This document shows positions 1-10,110 of a DNA stretch of 64,000 nt, one piece after another (the stretch's first letter is position 1; the number at the start of each line of letters is the position of its first letter). Position numbers and translations under genes: made by a program. This stretch comes from Cyanidioschyzon merolae (taxonomy: Eukaryota), in assembly GCA_000091205.1 (NCBI GenBank), contig AP006497.2. One strand, given 5' to 3'. Under the pieces are notes generated by a model. It had not been told where the DNA came from, searched no databases, and worked only from the letters and a program-made list of their open reading frames with translations.

Positions 1-876
1 AGCGCGTCCTGAGCTCGGGATCGGGTCCTCGACCGTTCAAATAGGCGACGTCAGGGTTTTCAGTCTCTGACTCTGAATCCTCATTCCAGAGCTCTACTCG
101 CGCAACCACATAGCCATCCACGATGTGGACCGTTTCCGGGATAATCCTAAAGCGATTGATCCCAATCACGTCAATGAGACTGCGTCCATCGCCAAGTCGT
201 TCACAGTCCGTGACTTGGAGAACCGTGCCTACGGTGGCCATGAACGGATGCCCACCCGCTGCCCGTATAACGTTGAGCCCAGCGGGTGGTTGTCGGAATA
301 CGGCTACGAAGCCGAACTGCCTTGAACTGGCCATGACTCGACGCAGCATCAAACGGTATCGAGGTTCGAAAATGTGCAGTTGGATTCTCTGATAAGGAAA
401 CACCGCCTCATCCAGCAGAAAAAGCGGCAACCAGCGGATTCTTTGGTTCACAGTCACAGCTGGGCCGCTCGTCACAGGCACTGTTGTCTCGGTGGTACCG
501 CTGCTCCTGCTGCTGTTCCCACTGTTACTGGCAGGCTGCGTCTCCACCGGGGGCGTTCCGTCTGGTGCTACTGCTGCTGTTGCTGCAGGTGCGTCAAACT
601 GGTGTGTGCACTCTCGTTCTTCTTCAATAGCACGCTGACGGTACACATCGGGAAATAGCTCCTCGCATACCTTCGCAACTGCTACCGTAACAGGGTGCTT
701 TTCAGAGTCTACGTACAGCACTGTCCGGCATATTGGACAGTACGATGCGTGGTCCAGTGCTCGAGCTAGGCAACTGCGGCAGAACGTATGTCCACAAGGT
801 GTTGTCAGCGGTTCGTATAAAAGACGCATGCACAAAGGACAATCAAGACCATACCGCTCAAAGTTTTGTTCATCGA
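1..876 (-). CDS. RING-finger (C3HC4) plus Lon N-terminal substrate-binding domain protein (LONRF-like); C-terminus truncated by left window edge
   Basis: Hand translation of the minus strand; not in the ORF track because no stop lies inside the window. It gives METVDEQNFERYGLDCPLCMRLLYEPLTTPCGHTFCRSCL...CPICR (RING), followed by LPLFLLDEAVFPYQRIQLHIFEPRYRLMLRRV (Lon-N/PUA-like motif). The frame stays open to position 1, and the ATG lies near 874-876. Confidence 0.6.
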
Positions 877-2203
877 CAGTCTCCATGAACGTGAACACGC
901 GCAACGTTGCGCTGCAGACAAGTTGCGATGAACGCAGGGTGCTGCGGAGGCGCTACGCACGAGCTGCTTGCTCGTGGATACGTTATGGAGTTTGTTTGGA
1001 AAAAGCACGCTTCCTACGGGGGCACATCTTTGATGTGCTGGAAGCTCGACAGAGTCTTTAGATGATCAAGGGTGCGGTGTTGGCGGTTGTTTGGACTAGA
1101 TTCAGGTCCGTCGGGGGCAGCTGTACCCGCACCGAACACCGCTTGAATCCATCGAATCGGACGTTTGGTTCAAGCAATAAAAAGTTTCGTTGAATGCCTG
1201 CGTACAACTGGTGCGTTGGTGCTGCACAGTCTTTGCGTAGGGCAGGCCCGCTCATTGAAGCACAGTGCAGATGGGTGCACGAGACCGCCAACTGTGATAG
1301 AGTGTTTTCAAAAGAGTACGGGTTGTTGTGGCGCAGCTTCGAGTTGGAACAAACATGCTCTCCATGTACGCCGTTGGGAGTCGTGCTCGCAATCCCAGTC
1401 TGGTTGCGTCGGCTTTTAAGCTAAAATCTAGCTGCAAAACACTCTGCAACGAGCATATTCTGATCCGCACTGCACATATAAGGCTGTTCCGCCTTTGCTA
1501 TGCGAAAAAGTCTGGTACGGAGCAAACTTCATCTACAGAATCCAAGCTATGCAACTTCATGATCAACGAAGACTGCAGTACGGCAGACGATCACTCTGGC
1601 GAGGGTCAAAGATGTGCACCTGGACCCCAACGCGCAGTGCGGAGCACTTCATTCATGATTCCTATAACTGTCTCCTCTTGCTGAAATCATGAACGCTTTC
1701 GGATGCTCTCTCCGCTGAGTAAGCAGTTTATTTCGCGCATGCCGTGGGCTTTCCCCCGGGGAAATGCCGTATCCCTCTCCCACACAGGCGATGCCAACTG
1801 CTCAGAAACCTGTTTAAAAACCTATGTTTTGGGTGTCCGCTCTAAGCACCATCACTGAATACCTTGCGAGAAACGCAGAGCACGCCGCCATCTGCGAACT
1901 TCGAGCGAAAGAGTACACTGCGTGCCGGCTGTTTCGACAAGCGCAACTTGTATCTGACGCATGCGGAGCTGTACCGCGCTTGTTCGTCGATATGCCACAG
2001 TTATTGGATTTGCATATAAAATTACAAGCGATCGTAACTCGTCATCCAGTCAATAGCACGCTACCCGTCCAAGACGGATGAACAACGAACCGAAGATAGC
2101 CGCATTTGATGTCCACCAGGTCATGACGTCGACGCGCTTCGACTTTCTTATAACCAGTGCCAGCTGTGCAATGCTCTCTTCTTCCTGATTGCATAGAGTC
2201 CGT

Positions 2204-2863
2204 CTAGAGCGGTTGCAAAAGATGCGTCTCCACTGTCGTCAATACGAGAATCGTCGCAAAGAATAGGAAAAAGAAGAGCGCCGTTTCGAGTGACCAGCGG
2301 TGCAGACGCGTGAGGAGCCACCAGCTGTGCGCCAACCAGTGACGTGAACGACGCTCGAGCTGGCGTTGCAGTAGAGCGCTGCCCAGCGCACTTACCTCCA
2401 GCGTCAAGAACACGACGGGTGGAGAAAGACTAGACGCTTTAAGCGGTAAACTCGAGTCCAGGTCGTGCAGTTGGGCCCAGGCACCGAAGCCGCAGAGCAC
2501 CGCAGCTAAGCCGAGCACGATTTCCCACGATACTACGGCATATCCGCAGCTCCAGAGCCAGAGTCTTCGACGGAGTTTCGTTTCCACACTCGGAGTGCCA
2601 GCTGTGTTCGCACCAACAGGGGCACGAGTCGGCTGGGTTTCAGCCTCCTGCCGAACACGTCCCGAAAGCCGCAAATGGGCGTCACCGGGCGCACCTTGTT
2701 GGTCTCTACGAGCTGCCTCCTCTACTTCCTCTGGCGCTGAACCACTTGCCACAGCTAAACGTTTCCTTCGGTTCGCGAGGATCCGTTCTCGCCGCCTTGC
2801 TGCCTGTTCCGTGAGCGAGCGGTCACTACCAACCTCGCTTGCCTCCATCCGCTCTTCTCTCAC
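2204..2863 (-). CDS. small membrane protein, possibly a GET2/CAML-like tail-anchored-protein insertion receptor
   Basis: 219-aa ORF. The N-terminal basic motif QAARRRERILANRRKRL resembles the Get3-binding RERR motif of Get2/CAML, and three C-terminal hydrophobic helices follow. The similarity is judged by eye only. Confidence 0.3.
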   Translation of the reverse strand: MREERMEASEVGSDRSLTEQAARRRERILANRRKRLAVASGSAPEEVEEAARRDQQGAPGDAHLRLSGRVRQEAETQPTRAPVGANTAGTPSVETKLRRRLWLWSCGYAVVSWEIVLGLAAVLCGFGAWAQLHDLDSSLPLKASSLSPPVVFLTLEVSALGSALLQRQLERRSRHWLAHSWWLLTRLHRWSLETALFFFLFFATILVLTTVETHLLQPL

Positions 2864-3144
2864 TAAAGAGTACCGTAAAAACCAAAGTCAAACAGTGTCC
2901 AAAACGGCAGGACACTAGTTTCTATCAAGAATATCCCCAGTGTGCTGTCAGCAGCGGTTGATGAGGCGGCTTCGGAGCACCCGCCTCGCAAAAAGGCTAC
3001 CTCCTAGGCGAGACCTGCATTTGTGAACGCTCAAGCGCGCTGCCCAGCTCGTCGAACGGCGCCTCTACAACACAAACCGGCCTTTGGGGTTTCCCAGTTC
3101 AGCGTTGTGACCAGTGCTGAACCGTACCCAGTCTTACGGATAAC

Positions 3145-4401
3145 ATGGTGCTTGAGGCGACGATGATCTGCATTGACAACTCTGAATGGATGCGTAACGG
3201 GGATGTTGCGCCCAGTCGCATGGATGCGCAGCTCGACGCTGTGAACCTGCTGTGTAACGTCAAGCTAGACGAGAACCCCGAGAACACTGTCGGCCTCCTG
3301 ACCTTGGCAGGTCTACCCGGTGGTGGTGCACTTTGGACAGCGAATCACAGTGCGAGCGCTGCTGCAGAAGGTCGTCCACGTTGGCTTGGAACCGGCGCGG
3401 TTTGCCGGGTTCTCATCACGCAGACGCGCGATCCCGGAAGGGTTCTCTCTGCAATGCACCAGGTAATCGTGGAGGGTGAAGTGGACTTTATAGGTGGTCT
3501 TCAGAAGGCGCAACTGGCGCTGAAGCACCGCCAGAACCGAAATCAGCGCCAGAGGATCATTTGCTTCATCGCAAGCCCCGTTGCTGCAACCGCGGAAGAG
3601 CTGGTCCAGCTCGGGCGCAACCTGAAGAAGAATAACGTGGCGGTGGATGTGGTACTTTTTGGAAGCGAATGGAGTGAGAATGAGGAGAAAATGAAGGGGT
3701 TTATTCAGAGTGTGAACGTGGACGATAATTCGCACCTGATCACGGTACCGCCGGGTACAGCGCTCTTAGCGGAGGCACTGATGACGACGCCGCTCATGCA
3801 GAGTGAGCAGGCACTCATGGCTGGTGCTGCAGGCTCGGACGCTCGTTTAAGTGGGACTGGTATCGGCGCCTTTTCTGGCGGAGCAGCTGATATAGGCGGC
3901 TTTGGCTTCGATCCGAGCGCGGACCCCGAGCTTGCGCTAGCGCTCCAAATGTCACTGGAGGAAGAACGTAATCGGCAAGCAGCAGCTGCAGCGGGAGCAG
4001 GATCAGGAGCAGATGCTGTCGAGAACAATGCTCCGGGATCATCTTCGATGACAATGGAGGTCGTGAACGATCGTTCACAGGCTGCTGCTGTGGATTCTCG
4101 AACGAGTCTCCAGAGCCGTTCGGAGGCTGGCAGCATTGGCCATCGACCTGATTCCTCCGCTGCCGCAACAGCGGATTCCGAAGTGGCCGAGAGCTCCGAT
4201 CTTGGTAATGCGAACAGTGACATCGTCAATGACGAGGACGAACAAATGGATGAAGAACTTCGTCTCGCCATAGAGCTCTCCAAGCAAGAGGCATCCACCG
4301 GTGGACGCCAGCCGCGATCGAGCTCTGGCCAGGCACTGGCCCCCGAGGACCAGTCTCCGGATGACTCAAAGAAGAAATCTGAGCCTCGTGGTAGCACTTG
4401 A
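3145..4401 (+). CDS. RPN10: 26S proteasome non-ATPase regulatory subunit Rpn10/PSMD4 (VWA domain plus UIM region)
   Basis: MVLEATMICIDNSEWMRNGD..., FLSAMHQ, QKAQLALKHRQNRNQRQRII and KKNNVAVDVVLFG match the Rpn10 VWA domain nearly position by position. UIM-like LALALQMSLEEE motifs follow. The ORF ends in TGA. Confidence 0.9.
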   Translation: MVLEATMICIDNSEWMRNGDVAPSRMDAQLDAVNLLCNVKLDENPENTVGLLTLAGLPGGGALWTANHSASAAAEGRPRWLGTGAVCRVLITQTRDPGRVLSAMHQVIVEGEVDFIGGLQKAQLALKHRQNRNQRQRIICFIASPVAATAEELVQLGRNLKKNNVAVDVVLFGSEWSENEEKMKGFIQSVNVDDNSHLITVPPGTALLAEALMTTPLMQSEQALMAGAAGSDARLSGTGIGAFSGGAADIGGFGFDPSADPELALALQMSLEEERNRQAAAAAGAGSGADAVENNAPGSSSMTMEVVNDRSQAAAVDSRTSLQSRSEAGSIGHRPDSSAAATADSEVAESSDLGNANSDIVNDEDEQMDEELRLAIELSKQEASTGGRQPRSSSGQALAPEDQSPDDSKKKSEPRGST

Positions 4402-4526
4402 ACTTGACAGCATAGGAAAATGCGTCCCTGATGGTGCTTCATCGGCTTCCTGTGTTGAAGACAGTGTCCCCGGGTTTTGCACCTTGCGCACGACGATGAC
4501 CCGGTGGTGGCGCCTTGAGGCTAACG

Positions 4527-5549
4527 TTACCGCCGCCGCCGCTGCTGCCGACGACGACGTCGACGTTGCCGCGGCTTTCGTATACGTGCATCAAAGTCGT
4601 TAAACAGTGGCCCTGCGGCAGCAGCAGCAGCAGCAGCAGTAGCAGCGGCACTGGTGATGACTGCGGTATGCAGTCTACGAACGCAGCCGTACATGAATCG
4701 GCGCCCATAAGGTGGCACCTCTACTCTCGACGCCAGCTTGAACAAGCGCTCGGCGAGTTGCTGACGATGCTCTGGTTGAGACAAGTACACGAGCTGGTCT
4801 CGTTGATTTGGTACTGCAGCTGGGGCACGTACCAGCGGTTCCCACAGTCTCTCAAAGGCGCGTCGCATAAGTACTTTGCGGTTGCGCTGCTGCGTGGCGC
4901 TAGCGCGCTCCATCGGCGCAAGATATAGACGTAAGAATGGTTGTACGGCGATATCAACCGGGTGCGTTGAATCAGTGTCCAGGGTAAGTGATTCAAGGCC
5001 GCCCGGCGCTTGACAGAGCACCAGTTCGAGCCACTTGTCGCAGACGTGCAACGCCATCCCGAGTGCTGCGGGTGCCGCTTCGAGATCCAGGTCCGCGCTT
5101 GTCCCTACCAGTGGTTCGAATACGACACGTTCCACAATGCCGGTGAGACGTCGCCAGTGGTCCACCTGATCCACACATAAAGAGGTTGCGGCGCTGAGCG
5201 ACCTGTTTAGCAACGCATAGTACTTGTCCAGCCGTAAATGGTCAATTTCTATCCAGTATCGACAAATTGTCTCCCACATGACCTCAAAATAGAGCCAGTT
5301 GTCCACCGCGAGCCCCAACCACGAACAGAGTCTTTCGAGGGTCCAGTTGATCGCGGACGGTGTGTCGGCGAACCAGAGTGTGTAGTAGAGCGCTCGCCAG
5401 ACCCTTCGCATACCTTTCGGAGAGAGTGGTGCTGGTTCACGTTGGCACAACATCCGCTCTACTTTACGAAGTGCTCGGTTCCGCACTTGCGCATCGGAAG
5501 ATGCCAGTTGCCGCGCGAGCGCTGTCTCTGCAGTTCCTGCGACCGCCAT
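4527..5549 (-). CDS. RRP1: Nop52/RRP1 family ribosomal RNA processing protein
   Basis: N-terminal LASSDAQVRNRALRKVERML...MRRVWRALYYTLWFADTPSAINWT matches the Nop52 signature (LASNEK.VRD.AL..L; LWKGLFYCMWMQDKPL). The poly-Ala/poly-Arg C-terminal tail is encoded by GCN/CGN repeats. Stop is TAA. Confidence 0.75.
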   Translation of the reverse strand: MAVAGTAETALARQLASSDAQVRNRALRKVERMLCQREPAPLSPKGMRRVWRALYYTLWFADTPSAINWTLERLCSWLGLAVDNWLYFEVMWETICRYWIEIDHLRLDKYYALLNRSLSAATSLCVDQVDHWRRLTGIVERVVFEPLVGTSADLDLEAAPAALGMALHVCDKWLELVLCQAPGGLESLTLDTDSTHPVDIAVQPFLRLYLAPMERASATQQRNRKVLMRRAFERLWEPLVRAPAAVPNQRDQLVYLSQPEHRQQLAERLFKLASRVEVPPYGRRFMYGCVRRLHTAVITSAAATAAAAAAAAGPLFNDFDARIRKPRQRRRRRRQQRRRR

Positions 5550-5821
5550 AGTGCTGAACAGCGTTGCAGCGTCCGCTGGGAAGAGACCGGGATTCGAGTC
5601 TCGCGTTACGCACCCGCTCCGGAACTATTCAAGAATATCTCGAGAGCTTGGTGGCTAGTTGCCCGATCCAAACGGCTCAGTTGGTCCAAGTGAAGCGCAG
5701 AAACAACCAGGGTTTCGAGTAAACCAGCACCGTGTCGTTTGGCGGCGGTGTCGCTGGCGTCGCCGCGTTCTCAAGAAGCCGGTTGTTGTCTCGCGGCTCG
5801 TTGGGTTCGTGCCACACCAGC

Positions 5822-6812
5822 ACCAGTTGCCGGGGCTGGGGCGTCATCCAGACTCGTGGATGACTTGCGGGTTTACCAGGTGGCTACGATAGCCAAAAGC
5901 TGTTCACTATGCTATTCGGGAACGCTCAGCTAAAACGGTTGCTGCAGGTGTTCCACGAGATGGAACGCTTTGGCGCGGCTGGGGCGTCATCCATACTCGT
6001 GGATGACTTCCGGGTTTACCAGGTGGCTACGATAGCCAAAAGCTGTTGACTTTGCTATTCGGGAACGCTCAGCTAAAACGGTTGCTGCAGGTGTTCCACG
6101 AGCTGGAACGCTTTGGCGCGGCTGGGGCGTCATCCAGACTCGTGGATGACTTCCGGGTTTACCAGGTGGCTACGATAGCCAAAAGCTGTTCACTACGCTA
6201 TTCGGGAACGCTCAGCTAAAACGGTTGCTGCAGGTGTTCCACGAGCTGGAACGCTTTGGCGCGGCTGGGGCGTCATCCAGACTCGTGGATGACTTCCGGG
6301 TTTACCAGGTGGCTACGATAGCCAAAAGCTGTTCACTACGCTATTCGGGAACGCTCAGCTAAAACGGTTGCTGCAGGTGTTCCACGAGCTGGAACGCTTT
6401 GGCGCGGCTGGGGCGTCATCCAGACTCGTGGATGATTTCCGGGTTTACCAGGTGGCTACGATAGCCAAAAGCTGTTGACTTTGCTATTCGGGAACGCTCA
6501 GCTAAAACGGTTGCTGCAGGTGTTCCACGAGATGGAACGCTTTGGCGCGGCTGGGGCGTCATCCAGACTCGTGGATGACTTCCGGGTTTACCAGGTGGCT
6601 ACGATAGCCAAAAGCTGTTCACTATGCTATTCGGGAACGCTCAGCTAAAACGGTTGCTGCAGGTGTTCCACGAGCTGGAACGCTTTGGCGCGGCTGGGGC
6701 GTCATCCAGACTCGTGGATGACTTCCGGGTTTACCAGGTGGCTACGATAGCCAAAAGCTGTTCACTATGCCATTCGGGAACGCTCAGCTAAAACGGTTGC
6801 TGCAGGTGTTCC
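5822..6812. repeat. 143-bp minisatellite, about 6.9 tandem copies
   Basis: Unit start GCTGGGGCGTCATCCA recurs at 5835, 5978, 6121, 6264, 6407, 6550 and 6693, an exact 143-nt period. A few substitutions occur per unit (C/A, G/C, T/C). Each unit carries the inverted repeat GTCATCCA-GACTCG-TGGATGAC. It lies between the 3' end of the 6788..8605 gene and the 5' end of RRP1. Confidence 0.9.
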
Positions 6813-8605
6813 AGGCGATGCGGCTCGTGAGCGTTCACGGCGGCGGCTGAGCGGCTTGGACCTTCGTTTCGTCCAGCAGTGTCGTTCAATTGGATTTGTT
6901 TGCGCAGTTCAGAGAGCAGTGATGTCAAAGCGAGTCTCATTTCCCGAAAAGCATTGCGATCCGCATTGATGCGGAAGAGTGTTTTGCCACTTGCAGAGCC
7001 TTTTTCTAGCCAGCACCAACCGGCGCTGTGCTCGCAAAGCTGTTGCAGCTGTTGACGAGCATCCTCGTAGCTTTGAGGAGCACTATCGTGTTGTTGACAC
7101 AGAAAAGCGGTCAACTGGTCAAGTTCTACAGATCGGCGAGGTCTACCCAATACGCATGGCGTCTGAAAGAAGCTGTAAACGAGGTCTGCTGCGTGTATGA
7201 GCCGGCGAATATTGAGGCACGTTTCCTCATGACGCCGACTGGATTCTATGCAGTCCCGCTCTGCCGCTCGATCGCGAATGCGTTGAATGAGCTCCGCTGG
7301 TAAGCACCCGTCGATTTCGAGTGTAGCAGAGAGGGCGTCATTCGTGGACCGCAATACAGCGTTGTCTCTTTGCATTCGTTGATCACGTGAATCGACAGTG
7401 GAAACCTGGGAGAAAGACGCTGGGTGCGACTTGCCGGACGCCGACGACTCTGTGACAGGCGATGCGTAACCGACAAGTTCAGGGCTCTGCATGGACGCGC
7501 AACCGTCTACGTCCATTTCTCGACGGAAACTGGCCCCGGGTCGTGGCGCCGACGCAACCGGCGCCTGTGGGGCGCGCTTCCACGGGGTATGCTCTCCGAC
7601 CAACTCGTCTGCCGGAGAAAAATCATCATTCGTCCGCTTTCGCTTTGCGAATGGTTGTGGTGGCGTTGGTGGTACTGTATCGTGGCTCATGTCCTGGGAA
7701 TTGCATCCATCCGCGAAGCGTCGCTTCCGATGAGCGTGTTGCTGTGGCGAATAGGCTGTAGCGTTCGAATCGCCTTCGAGGATCGGCTTCCCGCACGAAG
7801 GCACATCCAGCGGTTGTGATGCGCTTCGGCGCATTGCTTCATCTGAACAAGCAGGTGCGGGCCGTTCCATGGCCTCGAGACGCTCACGAAGCAGCGCGCG
7901 ACGCTTCATAATGCCATAGGCGTCACCGAAGCGGGTAACTTGGACCGAATCCGCTGAGGATTCCGTTCGCATTGAGGAGAACTGCTCCCGCAGCTCAATG
8001 CACAAGTCGGTTTCGCCAGGTCCGAAACGGTGAATCATAAATACCTCTGGAACTAGCCCCAGTAACTGATCCAGTCGCTGCCTTGTGAGCTCCCGCCGAC
8101 ACTTCCACTGAACCACAGCTTGAACTTGCTCGAATGTAGGTCGTGCTTGGCGAGCCCGGAGCAGTAAGCGTGCACTCTCAATGCCATCCATGATTTCGAG
8201 CAACGGCACCCAGTCTTTTTCTGTTACTTTGGTCCTGCATCCAGTGACGGGCGCACTCCAGTGCTCCTGATCCTCGTTGCAAGACCTCGGAGCAGCAATC
8301 GTGTCGTCGTTGCGCACTCCAGTTGTTGAACCATCGAAGGCGAAAACGCTGGACCCAACAGCCTCGGAACAGTTTCGTTCGGAAACTCCAGAAGCAGCGC
8401 TCAGAGCACGACTTGTGGTTTCTGCTCTATCAGCGGCATCCGAAGCCTCCAGTGTCGTCAAGCTCGCAGACCGCTGAGCGGTGTGTGGCTCCTCAGGCCA
8501 GCCCCTGGGGCTCGTTTGCAAATCCCCGTGCTCAGTTTCCTTTCCATTGCGGAATAGAGCATGAACACGCCTCTGCTTCACATTCGAAAAGTAGTTTGAG
8601 ATCAT
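6788..8605 (-). CDS. Cdt1-like DNA replication licensing factor (tentative)
   Basis: 605-aa ORF. The segment RPTFEQVQAVVQWKCRRELTRQRLDQLLGLVPEVFMIHRF resembles the Cdt1 middle-domain signature [20 protein letters not shown]...VYPASYRF. Flanking regions are low complexity. The last codons run into the minisatellite. Confidence 0.4.
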   Translation of the reverse strand: MISNYFSNVKQRRVHALFRNGKETEHGDLQTSPRGWPEEPHTAQRSASLTTLEASDAADRAETTSRALSAASGVSERNCSEAVGSSVFAFDGSTTGVRNDDTIAAPRSCNEDQEHWSAPVTGCRTKVTEKDWVPLLEIMDGIESARLLLRARQARPTFEQVQAVVQWKCRRELTRQRLDQLLGLVPEVFMIHRFGPGETDLCIELREQFSSMRTESSADSVQVTRFGDAYGIMKRRALLRERLEAMERPAPACSDEAMRRSASQPLDVPSCGKPILEGDSNATAYSPQQHAHRKRRFADGCNSQDMSHDTVPPTPPQPFAKRKRTNDDFSPADELVGEHTPWKRAPQAPVASAPRPGASFRREMDVDGCASMQSPELVGYASPVTESSASGKSHPASFSQVSTVDSRDQRMQRDNAVLRSTNDALSATLEIDGCLPAELIQRIRDRAAERDCIESSRRHEETCLNIRRLIHAADLVYSFFQTPCVLGRPRRSVELDQLTAFLCQQHDSAPQSYEDARQQLQQLCEHSAGWCWLEKGSASGKTLFRINADRNAFREMRLALTSLLSELRKQIQLNDTAGRNEGPSRSAAAVNAHEPHRLEHLQQPF

Positions 8606-9729
8606 GGATCGCGCTTACATACGCTCGTGTCCAGAGCAGCCCACACAGAACATGGAATATATCCCCGAGGATGATGAGGCCGTATTCCCGCCCGACCATC
8701 GATGCAGATGCGCGTAACGCCGGAAGCGCCTGTCCCAAAATTTGGCGCGAATCGCGCATGGACCCGTTTGCCGGTGCTACGTGCTGCTTTCGGATTTGCC
8801 TCTCTACTTTACTTGTTCTGTTTAACGGAGCGTTGACAAAGACCAAGCAGCTTGGATTGTGTGCTTGATATAAGCGATTGGAGGAGCATCCATGTCTCGA
8901 CATACCTCCAGGTTTTATGTCGTTTGCTTGTTCTCGTTTTTTTGTGCACGTTCTGGCGTGCGCCCGGTACCCGCAAGGAGCGACCCTGGTACCACGTACA
9001 ACAACGACGTGAATGGGACACGTAGACAGAATGCGTGTGGGATACCAGAGAGAGCGCCGGCTCTAGTTTGTTGATCTATTGACAGTCAAGCATAGGGCAC
9101 GGGGAACGAGTTCCAACTGGGAAGGAGGCTATGCTATCGCCATCTCGTTATGCATTAGGTGGATGATGACGCAGGGTAGCGTGAAGCGCGATGACCATTG
9201 ATTGATCCGACAGTGATTTCCTTAGAAACAATAAATAATGGTACACCATGATCTTGCGCTATTTGTTCATCAGAATCGTTACGAGTGTATACAGAGGGCG
9301 CCCCTGTCCTGCTGGATTGCTCAACGTACCGTGGCAGTGCCTTGCTCCATGCGGGAATCCAGTGCCCGCGGTTCTGGTACCTAATTAACTTTCATTGAAC
9401 CTCTTCAGCGCTTGAAGACAATCCCAGCGCTGAGTACCTAACGATTCCCTTGAGTGCTCAATTGATACGAAACCGCGGGACGTCCAAGGAGCAAATGCCA
9501 TTTCCGTACGTTGATCGATGCGTTCAGGTCTCGATACCGAAGGAGTCTGCGTGTATTGTTGTCGGCAGAATCGTACCGTAGCAAGTCTGTCGCACTCGAC
9601 TGCCGTGGTATCTGGCGTTCAGTCTGCTTACCGCGTGTCATCTCGTGCGTGCGGCTCTGTTCCAGATTCTTCTTCTCTACCCCAACAAGCGTACACTCGT
9701 GCTCGTAATTCTGGTTCGTCGCTCTGAAT

Positions 9730-10110
9730 CTATCGATGAACATCGTACAGTACGGATTCGTGCTTGCGTTGTAGACCCATCGTCGCAGATGCAGGAGTGC
9801 AGCCATTCCGCATCACAGCACAGTGAGCGCCATTGGCTACCAGCGAACGAGGTGACATGTCGATCATTTCCTCTCCCGACTCATTGAACACGTTGGTGAA
9901 CGCAGGCTTCTTGTCTCCGTCCGCTTGAGATAGAAAGACGGCGACTGCGGCTACGCGCTTCGAACGGAGATCCACGCTGACAACAAAGACTGTATGATCA
10001 TCTACCGTGAAATGCTGAAAAGGAGTCTCATCGCTCGAATCGGGCCGAGGTTCCATTACGAAATCGATATCGCATGAGTCTCTATATTGTCGTCGCAAAC
10101 TGCTTTCCAT
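9730..10110 (-). CDS. hypothetical small protein (alpha/beta fold, roadblock/longin-like by eye), function unknown
   Basis: 126-aa ORF with a protein-like, non-repetitive composition (DIDFVMEPRPD...TVFVVSVDLRSKRVAAVAVFLSQADG). I do not recognise any family. Confidence 0.2.
   Translation of the reverse strand: MESSLRRQYRDSCDIDFVMEPRPDSSDETPFQHFTVDDHTVFVVSVDLRSKRVAAVAVFLSQADGDKKPAFTNVFNESGEEMIDMSPRSLVANGAHCAVMRNGCTPASATMGLQRKHESVLYDVHR

Noticed and set aside
3705-4442. 245-aa minus-strand ORF
   Set aside because: It is antisense to the confidently identified RPN10 coding region.
5095-5125. tRNA T-loop-like GGTTCGAAT motif
   Set aside because: It lies inside the RRP1 coding sequence, and no acceptor or anticodon stems can be formed around it.
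5822-6812. CRISPR array
   Set aside because: The repeats are 143 bp with no unique spacers between them and sit in a eukaryotic context, so this is a minisatellite.
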